From an uncultured bacterium (GTDB lineage: Bacteria; Chloroflexota; UBA5177; JANWHV01): a stretch of 64,000 nucleotides of DNA. How positions within the stretch are numbered: the stretch's first letter is position 1; every line of letters begins with the position of its first letter. This document shows, one piece after another, positions 51,486 through 59,410 of the stretch. Location: the NCBI GenBank assembly GCA_963827235.1, contig CAWHAE010000009.1:448001-512000 (forward strand). The letters run 5' to 3'. The notes below the pieces were generated by a model. That model made no database searches. It saw nothing but the letters and a program-made list of their open reading frames with translations, and had not been told where the DNA came from. A program made the position numbers and the translations under genes.

Positions 51486-51911
51486 GGACATACTCCCTCT
51501 TGGCCATGGTAACACACATGCACACCATGTGCGCCAACGTGTGCAGGGCACCATCGCGACTCGGCTGGCACTGAGCAGTTGCGCATCGATCCCGCACAGG
51601 CGTGATCAGGCACCGTCAGAGACTCCAGGGTCGCATCCTGACGGCGGGTTGTCCGCAGGTGTATAGCACGATATCGCGGGCTCCCAGAGAACAGGTGTAC
51701 GGTAGAGGAGCGGGAGAGAGAATCCCGTGCTGCCGTCGCCGTCGGGCCCGTCCGGATCGAACCGGGTGGTATGGACTGACCGGCGCCGGTCACGCTGATG
51801 CCGGAGGATCTGAGGCAGCGCTCGGCGCGCCGATCCGCCGGCACCGCCTGATGTGCCGTGGCGCCGCTTACCCTCCCCCCTGGCGGCGCCACGGCACAAC
51901 TCCCTCCGGCC

Positions 51912-53006
51912 CTATCGGTAGAGAGCTCTCAGCGCAGCCCATGTGTGCGTGTTGGAGAGGATGTCCGTGGAGTCGACGTACTGGTCGATCGAGCCAATGC
52001 TCGGAGCCAGCCCTCGCACCTCGGGACTTTCAATCGCCGCGCGAATGGCCTCGGCGAATTGCTGCCCATGAATGACGAGGTAGGGACGCGAGTAGAACGG
52101 CGAGACATGCACCGGAAGCGGCGGCGTGATGGCGAGCGCGTTGTGTAGCGAGGCTGCGGCCTCATAGGCCCGAGCAAGATGCTCCTCGCGCTCTTGCCAC
52201 GAATTGCCCTGCAGGGCGCCCATCAGCATGGGCGTGAGCGGAGCCGCACAGCGCAGTCGCGAGAACGCGGTGCCGAACCATTTGCTGTAGGGAGCGTACG
52301 TGCTCTCCATCAGGAAGCACAGCAGCATGAGGTCGTGGACGAGTCGCGCGGCAATGATCCGCGAGCCGGCTTCATCGCCCGTTTCGCCGCAGCGCGCCAT
52401 GAATGGCTCCTCCTGAGAGATGCGCTGCCACTGGGCCGCCAGCATGTAGAGCCATACGTCCCGTGGATAGTAGCGAAGCTTTCGACGAAGCGGCTCCAGC
52501 TCGCCGAGCCCATCATGATACACCCGTCCCGCGGTCATGCTGCGAAGGCGCTGCTGCGGCAGGACGAGCCAATCCACGGGTGCAAGATCTCCGTACGGGT
52601 CGATACCCAGGTAGTCGTCGGCGAACGACCCGATCGTCCAGACACGCACGCCATGCGTTACCGGGCCGCTCGCGATCGGTTCCAGCCAGCCGCCATCAAC
52701 CTCCGGTGAAGCGAAGTTGGTTGGATAGCCATACACTTCATAGGGAAGGTCTTCACTCAATACCTCGGTAATGCGATCTCGGGTCCGCTCCTCGGTTCCC
52801 TCCGGCACGAAGAGCTCGAGCTTCGGGCCCCAGCCGTGGTCCGTCGACCGCTCTGTGTCGAAGCCCAGCACGTCGGAGCCCCAGCCGATACGCGCGGCAG
52901 AATACGCCAAGTCCGGGAAGCGCGCGGCGAGCACCCGCTTGACGGCTTCGTCGTAGAACAGCTCACTCAGGGCGAGACCCGGAATGAAGGGCTTTCGCCG
53001 CTGCAT
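51912..53006 (-). CDS. DUF4037-containing nucleotidyltransferase-like protein
   Basis: GWGSDVLGFDTERSTDHGWGP (GS..D.D type), YYPRDVW, QEEPFMAR, YAPYSKW. Confidence 0.8.
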   Translation of the reverse strand: MQRRKPFIPGLALSELFYDEAVKRVLAARFPDLAYSAARIGWGSDVLGFDTERSTDHGWGPKLELFVPEGTEERTRDRITEVLSEDLPYEVYGYPTNFASPEVDGGWLEPIASGPVTHGVRVWTIGSFADDYLGIDPYGDLAPVDWLVLPQQRLRSMTAGRVYHDGLGELEPLRRKLRYYPRDVWLYMLAAQWQRISQEEPFMARCGETGDEAGSRIIAARLVHDLMLLCFLMESTYAPYSKWFGTAFSRLRCAAPLTPMLMGALQGNSWQEREEHLARAYEAAASLHNALAITPPLPVHVSPFYSRPYLVIHGQQFAEAIRAAIESPEVRGLAPSIGSIDQYVDSTDILSNTHTWAALRALYR

Positions 53007-53027
53007 CGAGCTGCCTCCAGGACTAGC

Positions 53028-54572
53028 CTATGTCTCGATCTTGGGGAAGAGAATAGGCAGCGCGCCTATGGCGGCACCCGGCTCGAGCTGGCCCCAGCCT
53101 CCGACGTACGGCTGCTCGGGCAGGGCAAGGGCCCGGCGAAGAGCGGCCATCTTCTCCGGCATGGCCGGCAGCAGCAGGGTGGCGGCGATGCCCAGGGCTT
53201 CACCGGCGTAGTAGAGGGTGGTAGCCACGCTCTCCATGTCGCCCGCCTTGGCGGCAGTCCACGGCGACTTCTGCTCCAGGTAGCCGTTGGTCCGCTTCAC
53301 CAGGGAGATCGCCTCGCCGATTGCCTGGTGCGGCTGCATATTCTCGACGGCAGATCGCACGAGATCCGGCGTGGCAATCGCCGCGTCTCGCAGGTCGCGA
53401 TCGGCGTCGATTTCGCCCGGTGGATCAGGTATGCGCCCGGCGAAGTAGCGGGCGGTCATGTTGACGACCCTGTTGGCCAGGTTGCCCAGGTCGTGGGCCA
53501 GGTCGGCATTGTAGCGACGGACCAGCCCTTCCGGGCTGAACTCGCTGTCCTGCCCGAACTGCATCTCGCGCAGGAGCAGGTAGCGTGTGCCGTCCACCTC
53601 GAATCGACGCACCAGATCCAGCGGAGCGCGGAAGAGCGCCATCGCCTCGGCAAAGCTGCCGTCCACGCCGACCGACTTCGAACCCTTCTGACCGGCCATG
53701 GTCCAGTAGCCGTGCACGTTCAGGTGCTGGAAGAGGGGGATGCCGGCAGCCTGCAGCATGCACGGCCAGAAGATGGCATGCGGCTTCAGGATGTCTTTGG
53801 CGATGATGTGTTGGGCGACCGGCCAATAGCTCTTGTACAGGTCGCCGTCCGGATAATCCAATGCCGAGACGTAGTTGATCAGGGCGTCGAACCACACGTA
53901 GGTCACATACTTGTCGTCGAAGGGCAGCGGTATGCCCCAGGTAAGCCGCTCCGTGGGGCGCGAGATGCAGAGATCTTCGAGCGGGTCGCGCAGGAAACCG
54001 AGCACTTCGCGCCGGTACTGATCCGGCCGCACGATATCCGGCTGCGCTTCGAGCAGACCGATCAACCAGTCCTGGTAGGCGCTCATGCGGAAGAAATAGT
54101 TCTTCTCGCTGATGTAGGTCGGCTCGGTGCGATGCTGCGGGCACTTGCCGTCTACCAGCTCCTTCTCTGTATAGAAGCGCTCGCAGCCGTAGCAATAGAG
54201 GCCGCCGTACTCGCCAAAGTAGATCTCGCCCTTGTCGTAGACGGTTTGTAGAATCCGCTGCACGACCCTGGCATGCCGCGGCTCCGTGGTGCGGATGAAG
54301 TCGTCCGTCTGGATGCCGAGCTGCGGCCAGGTGCTGCGGAAGACGTCGCTGATGCGCGTAGCGTACTCATAGGGAGACACGCCGAAGGCGGCCGCCGCCT
54401 GGGCCACCTTGTCGCCGTGCTCGTCGGTGCCGGTCAGCATACGGCTGTTCTTGCCGAACAGGCGCTGATATCGGGTGATCGTGTCGGCGACGATAGTGGT
54501 ATAGGCGCTGCCCGCGCTCGGCTCGGCGTTGACGTAGTAGATAGGGGTGGTGATGTAGAAGCTGTCACTCAT
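53028..54572 (-). CDS. metG: Methionyl-tRNA synthetase (short, single knuckle) with non-canonical HIGH/KMSKS motifs
   Basis: FYITTPIYYVN, TGTDEHG, FIRTT, CYGCE..CPQH, DLCISR..WGI, YVWFDALINY, KDI, DLGNL.NR, PW. Confidence 0.88.
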   Translation of the reverse strand: MSDSFYITTPIYYVNAEPSAGSAYTTIVADTITRYQRLFGKNSRMLTGTDEHGDKVAQAAAAFGVSPYEYATRISDVFRSTWPQLGIQTDDFIRTTEPRHARVVQRILQTVYDKGEIYFGEYGGLYCYGCERFYTEKELVDGKCPQHRTEPTYISEKNYFFRMSAYQDWLIGLLEAQPDIVRPDQYRREVLGFLRDPLEDLCISRPTERLTWGIPLPFDDKYVTYVWFDALINYVSALDYPDGDLYKSYWPVAQHIIAKDILKPHAIFWPCMLQAAGIPLFQHLNVHGYWTMAGQKGSKSVGVDGSFAEAMALFRAPLDLVRRFEVDGTRYLLLREMQFGQDSEFSPEGLVRRYNADLAHDLGNLANRVVNMTARYFAGRIPDPPGEIDADRDLRDAAIATPDLVRSAVENMQPHQAIGEAISLVKRTNGYLEQKSPWTAAKAGDMESVATTLYYAGEALGIAATLLLPAMPEKMAALRRALALPEQPYVGGWGQLEPGAAIGALPILFPKIET

Positions 54573-54619
54573 GGTGCAGTCAGTGTACCAGGCGCCCTCG
54601 CGCCGCGAGCAAGTTACGA

Positions 54620-55110
54620 TCAGCCATCCCAATCGTGTGCTTCCCGGTAGCACCGCACGATGCCCGGATAGGCATGCCGGATCATCCAGAGAAAGGGCCT
54701 CTTGCGAGTCGTCGGCGCCGGCGGCAGGTTGAGGCCTGTTCGGCGACGACGCATGGCGTCACCGCAAAACAGGGCCCGCTGTGCCGGTTGCCGTAAGCTC
54801 CAGGATCCGGGGCTGTGGCCGGGGGAGTCGATCACCTGCAAACCGGGTAGGACTTGGTCGAGCCGATCGCCGTCACTGAGCTCGCGATCGACGGCGATAC
54901 AGATCGGCTGTTCGCGCATGATCGCCGTCAAGATGCGCGCCATCCCATGGACCGGCGGCCGCAGGACGTGCGCCTGGCCGCGAATGACGGCACTCTCGTG
55001 ACGATGGTGCGCGTAGACCGCGGCTCCGATGGATCGTTTGAGCCCGGGCAGCCCGCCGACGTGATCCCAGTGCGCGTGTGCGATCGTCATTCGCGCGTCC
55101 TGTAGCATGG
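54620..55110 (-). pseudogene. Truncated MBL-fold metallo-hydrolase
   Basis: HAHWDHVG, SPGHSPG, FCGDA are present; the N-terminal strands and the final His are missing. Confidence 0.6.
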
Positions 55111-55190
55111 TGATCGGCATCTCGCGGACGCGATGATTGGGTTGGGGTTGCCGGACGCGAGCCGGCCGCAAGAGGAGGGACTGTGTCGCC

Positions 55191-55934
55191 ATGGCGCAGA
55201 CACCGAATGCGTGGCGTGAGATCGCCCATGCCGCGCTTGTGCTGCCCTCGCCGCTTGACCGCTACCGTCCGGGCCCCGGTCGGAGGGCCGCGCACGGCAC
55301 GTTCACCCTGGTCGACGATGGCGGCCGGGGTCCAGCCTTCAACCGCGCGGTAGTGCTCGGCCATGTCGTACCGGAGCAGGTGTTCGCTCTGGCCGATGCC
55401 TTTTTCGCCGATGGCTACAGCATCGTCGTCGAGACCGGGGTGGCGGACGCACTGGAAGCGGCTCTGCAGGCACGGGGCTGGCAGCTTGACGAGGAAGAGC
55501 CGGCGCTGGTGCTCGCGCCCATCCCCGACGCTGGTCCGTCCGCGCCCGAGGGTCTGGATATCCGTCGCGTGGTCGACGCGGCAGGACTGGCGGACTTCCG
55601 GAGCGTGAGCCAGACGCCGTCCGTCTACCTGCCGTCCCTGGCCGCCGTGCTCCACCCTGCGGTTGCCCTGCTGGTTGGCTATGTCGGGGGACGGGCGGTG
55701 GCCACGGCGCGATTGACCTGCCTGGGGTCGGTCGTCGAACTGATGGGTGTAGTGACGGTGGCGGCAGCGCGACGGCAGGGCTACGGCACGGCGCTCACCT
55801 GGGCAGCGCTGGCCGCGGGCCGGGCGCGCGGCTGCACGGCTGCTACCTTGACGGCGACTGCCATGGGCCTACCACTCTATCAACGCATGGGCTTCCAGCC
55901 GGCCGGGATTTACCGCACCTACCTGCCGCCGTGA
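55191..55934 (+). CDS. GNAT family acetyltransferase
   Basis: V.TV.AARRQGYG motif A, LTATAMGLPLYQRMGF; GAGGAGG RBS. Confidence 0.85.
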   Translation: MAQTPNAWREIAHAALVLPSPLDRYRPGPGRRAAHGTFTLVDDGGRGPAFNRAVVLGHVVPEQVFALADAFFADGYSIVVETGVADALEAALQARGWQLDEEEPALVLAPIPDAGPSAPEGLDIRRVVDAAGLADFRSVSQTPSVYLPSLAAVLHPAVALLVGYVGGRAVATARLTCLGSVVELMGVVTVAAARRQGYGTALTWAALAAGRARGCTAATLTATAMGLPLYQRMGFQPAGIYRTYLPP

Positions 55935-56871
55935 GCCGCTGTGCGAGAAACTCCCCGATGGAGTCCAGTGCCCTGGCCGCCGCGGCGAGCCGGCCGATAC
56001 TGCCCGCGAACCCATGCGGCATCCCCTCCCAAACGTCGAGCCTGGCATCGACGCCGGCGGCAACGGCGCGCTCAAAGTAGCGGCGAGAGTCGTCGAGCAA
56101 CACTTCGTCCGCGCCGGCATGGATGCTTATCGGCGGCAGCCCAGCCAGGTTCCCGTAGAGTGGCGAGGCCAGCGGGTTCCTGGGGTCGGTGTCGCGCAGG
56201 TAGGAACGGACCAACTCCTCCACTTGCGGCCGGACAAAGTACGGATCGGCGTCCGCCTGAGTCTCGAAACTCGGACCCGTGAGCGCCAGGTCGGTCACTG
56301 GAGATAAGGCCACCGCTCCTACCGGGGCCACGTCGCCGGAGATGGTGGCAAGCGACAGCAAAGTCAGCGCCAGGCTGCCGCCCGCCGAATCTCCGGAGAT
56401 CGCGATCCGTCGCGCACCCCGCTCGACCACACCGCGATAGCACGCCAGCACGTCATGCAGGGCGGCGGGGAAAGGATGTTCAGGGGCGAGCCTGTACTCC
56501 GGCACGAATGCCTCGGCGCCAGCTCTGCCGGCTATGTGTCCGACCAGATTCCGGAACGCCTGGGCCGACCCCCAGTGGAACCAGCCGCTATGCAGGTGAA
56601 GGATAGCGTCGCCGGACCGTGCGTTGCTGGGTCTGCACCACACCCCGGATATGCCGCCCACGGTGTCGGGGTGGAACGCTACACCCTCAGGCGACGATAC
56701 ACGCTCCATGATGCCGTTGAACGGCTCACGAGCGGCGGTTCCCTGTAGCTTCCCCTTGAGTGGCGCCAGCATGGCACGCATTGCGGTCATGACGGCAGCG
56801 TCTTCAGGGGTAATCGGATGAGTCAGGAAGGCGGCGCGGACAGCTGCGTGCTTGCCGGCAGCAGTTTTCAT
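55843..56871 (-). CDS. Alpha/beta hydrolase, HSL/Aes-like esterase
   Basis: YRLAPEHPFPAA, GDSAGG, EVLLDD, MPHGF. Oxyanion motif reads HSGW. The 3' end overlaps the GNAT gene. Confidence 0.85.
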   Translation of the reverse strand: MKTAAGKHAAVRAAFLTHPITPEDAAVMTAMRAMLAPLKGKLQGTAAREPFNGIMERVSSPEGVAFHPDTVGGISGVWCRPSNARSGDAILHLHSGWFHWGSAQAFRNLVGHIAGRAGAEAFVPEYRLAPEHPFPAALHDVLACYRGVVERGARRIAISGDSAGGSLALTLLSLATISGDVAPVGAVALSPVTDLALTGPSFETQADADPYFVRPQVEELVRSYLRDTDPRNPLASPLYGNLAGLPPISIHAGADEVLLDDSRRYFERAVAAGVDARLDVWEGMPHGFAGSIGRLAAAARALDSIGEFLAQRLTAAGRCGKSRPAGSPCVDRVVGPWQSPSR

Positions 56872-56904
56872 CGAGACTTCTTACCGGGACACCCGGTCTA
56901 TATA

Positions 56905-56924
56905 TTTACGATACGTAATGTAAA
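56905..56924. promoter_or_regulatory. Candidate TetR operator between divergent esterase and tetR genes
   Basis: AT-rich palindrome TTACG-ATA-CGTAA within TTTAC...GTAAA. Confidence 0.5.
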
Positions 56925-56985
56925 CTAAAGTGAGACCGGAGTCAAGTCTTTTCATTTACGCTACGTTCTGATAAGATCCAGCCGC

Positions 56986-57585
56986 ATGAAGAAAGACTCC
57001 TCGATCTCGCCCCGGATCGGCCGTCCCCACAGCGAGGCTGCGCAGTCGCACACCGCGATCATGGATGCGGTTGTTGAGCTACTGCAGGAGATGCCCGCGC
57101 ACGACCTTACGATGGAGGCGGTGGCCAAGCGCGCCAAGGTCGGCAAGCCGACCCTGTACAAATGGTGGCCATCCAAGTCGGCGCTCATCCTGGCCGTGTT
57201 CTACGAGCGCCTTGTCGGCAAGCTGGAAGCACCGCAAGGCGTGACGGCGGAGGCGGGTATCCGCTTCAGAATGCTCCGTTTGATTCGAGAATTCAACGGG
57301 CTCTTCGGCAAGGTCATGGCTGACCTCATCGCCGAAGGACAGAGCGACCCGTCGATCCTGCGGGAACTGTACGAACGGCACATCAGCCACAGACGAGCAG
57401 CGAGCGTGGCGGACGTGGAGCGAGGCATAGCCACCGGCGAATTCGCGCCCGACACCGACCCTGAGCTGCTCGTCGACGCGATTATCGGCCCGATCTATTA
57501 CCGGCTGCTGTTACGGTCCGCGCCTTTGACGGAAGGGTACGCCGAAGATCTGATTGACCAGGTGCTTCGCGGAGTCCGACCGTGA
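56986..57585 (+). CDS. TetR/AcrR family transcriptional regulator
   Basis: LTMEAVAKRAKVGKPTLYKWWPSK HTH; C-terminal GPIYYRLL. Confidence 0.93.
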   Translation: MKKDSSISPRIGRPHSEAAQSHTAIMDAVVELLQEMPAHDLTMEAVAKRAKVGKPTLYKWWPSKSALILAVFYERLVGKLEAPQGVTAEAGIRFRMLRLIREFNGLFGKVMADLIAEGQSDPSILRELYERHISHRRAASVADVERGIATGEFAPDTDPELLVDAIIGPIYYRLLLRSAPLTEGYAEDLIDQVLRGVRP

Positions 57586-57609
57586 CCGAAGCATCTCCGG
57601 CCAGGGTTG

Positions 57610-58158
57610 CTACCCGAGCATCGAGGGTGAACCGCCGATAGTGACAGGCCGGTCCAGCGCGGCTCGGAGGCACGATGCGATTGTCTCGCCGTCAGCCAGC
57701 GGGTGCCGCTCGGCCACCAGACGGGATGATCCCATCGCCTCGCCGGCATAGCGGGGCAAGAGCTGAAGATGCAGGTGGGTTGGCGCGCCGTCGCACATCG
57801 TTACCAGGTACACCTTCTCCGCACCGAGCGCCTGCTTGATAGCCCCCATGAATCGCAGACACATCTGCATCACAGGCCCCGCTTCCTCGTCAGACAGATC
57901 CGAGAGGTCCGCACGATGCGGCTTATAGACCACGATGGTATGCCCATGCGCCCGCGGACACTGTTCCAGCTTGACTTTGAAGAGGTCATCGTCGTAGATA
58001 ACATAGCCGTCGCCATAGAGGGCACCGCCTGTCTCCAGGTCATAGCAGGTGTCGCAAATGCCTTGGCGGCGGAGGCTTTCCACCTGCTGCTTGAGCTGCG
58101 CGCGTCGCCGCCGCCACGGGTCGGCTCCGGCCATCGGATCTCCTGCTGATCTGGACAT
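57610..58158 (-). CDS. HIT family protein (HxHxQ variant)
   Basis: CDTC, PRAHGHTIVVYKPH, THLHLQLLPRY. Confidence 0.8.
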   Translation of the reverse strand: MSRSAGDPMAGADPWRRRRAQLKQQVESLRRQGICDTCYDLETGGALYGDGYVIYDDDLFKVKLEQCPRAHGHTIVVYKPHRADLSDLSDEEAGPVMQMCLRFMGAIKQALGAEKVYLVTMCDGAPTHLHLQLLPRYAGEAMGSSRLVAERHPLADGETIASCLRAALDRPVTIGGSPSMLG

Positions 58159-58160
58159 GG

Positions 58161-58964
58161 CTACACCGTGTCACCATCGGTATGAGGGAGGAACGCGACA
58201 TGGCGCAGCCACTCGAGAACCGCCGCCGTCGCCTCGGGCGCGGCGTTGGCTAATCCATGGTCGCCTCCTCCGATCTCCCGATAGTCCGCCGGCAAGCCAC
58301 GCCCCCGGAGTATCTCGTACCCCAAGCGGGCGTCGGTCCGGCGGAAGGCGTTGTCCGCCCCACCCTGCAGGAAGAAGATCGGGCACTTGGCCTCGTGCAG
58401 CCGGTAGATGGGCGCCCCGCCGACGAAGTCCTTGAAATACTCGAGCCCGCACGGGTAGCCGTAGAGCTCGACCGTGCCGCCTTTCAGAAGCGCGTCGAGA
58501 TTGTCGATCAGCCGTTTGGCCGGCCCATTGGGCATGTTGATGTAGTGCCCCAGACAGGTCGCCACGGAGATTGCCACGGCAAGCCCCTGGGTCTCGATGG
58601 CACAACGCAACACGGCCGTGGAGCCCGAGCTGATCCCGAGGGCGCCGATGCGTCGCGCGTCGGCCCACTCCTGATCGCGTACGTATGCGCAGACATCGGC
58701 CAGATTGGAGGCCCACCGGCGGTCAGACATGCCGGCGGGGTCGCCGCCCGTTTCCCCGCTGCTATAGAAGTCAAAGGTGACGATAGCCAACCCCGCGCCG
58801 GTCGCACGTACGCACAGTTCCTCGGTGAAGGGATAGAGCCGCTGGTCGCCCGGCCAGCCATGGCAGACGACAAGCACAGGAAGTGAGTGGTGCCACTCAT
58901 CGGGGGAGTAGAGCCTCCCGACGTTCCGGTCACCGTCCGCTAACTGGAAGCGAGATTCACGCAC
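58161..58964 (-). CDS. Alpha/beta hydrolase
   Basis: CHGW, GISSG, QGGAD, GGDHG. Confidence 0.82.
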   Translation of the reverse strand: MRESRFQLADGDRNVGRLYSPDEWHHSLPVLVVCHGWPGDQRLYPFTEELCVRATGAGLAIVTFDFYSSGETGGDPAGMSDRRWASNLADVCAYVRDQEWADARRIGALGISSGSTAVLRCAIETQGLAVAISVATCLGHYINMPNGPAKRLIDNLDALLKGGTVELYGYPCGLEYFKDFVGGAPIYRLHEAKCPIFFLQGGADNAFRRTDARLGYEILRGRGLPADYREIGGGDHGLANAAPEATAAVLEWLRHVAFLPHTDGDTV

Positions 58965-59410
58965 GAGCTACCTCCCACTGCCCAACGCAAGCCCGACCCT
59001 CTATACAGTAGCGCCGGCACCTCGGTCGCTGCAGACGGGACGCCGACGCCGGGCGCGGCGCTGCGGAACGAGGCTGCCGGCGCAGACCGGGAGCAAGACC
59101 TTGCGGAGATTAGCGCGCCCTCACAAGAACGCGCAGCCGGGGCACCGTTCCCCAAGACGACGCCCGCTGTTGCACAAGAGGGTCCGGCGCTCCAGACGGG
59201 CACCTTGGGCGGGCGTGTCAAAAGCGCGCAAACGCCCTGACCTATAGTGGGCATGATAGCCGAGCGGATCACACGCCATTGACGGAAGGGCTCGCCGTAC
59301 ATATTCACGGTCAGGCAGGGCGGCGCCAGTTGGTCGTGGTGGTGGCGGGCGGCGCCGGCTCCATTGTGGCAGCCACGGATGGGGGCGCGGCCGAGAAAGG
59401 AAGGAATCGG

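Noticed and set aside
55843-55934. 92 bp convergent overlap of the GNAT and esterase genes as antisense regulation
   Set aside because: More simply explained by loss of the esterase stop codon; the extension has no conserved features.
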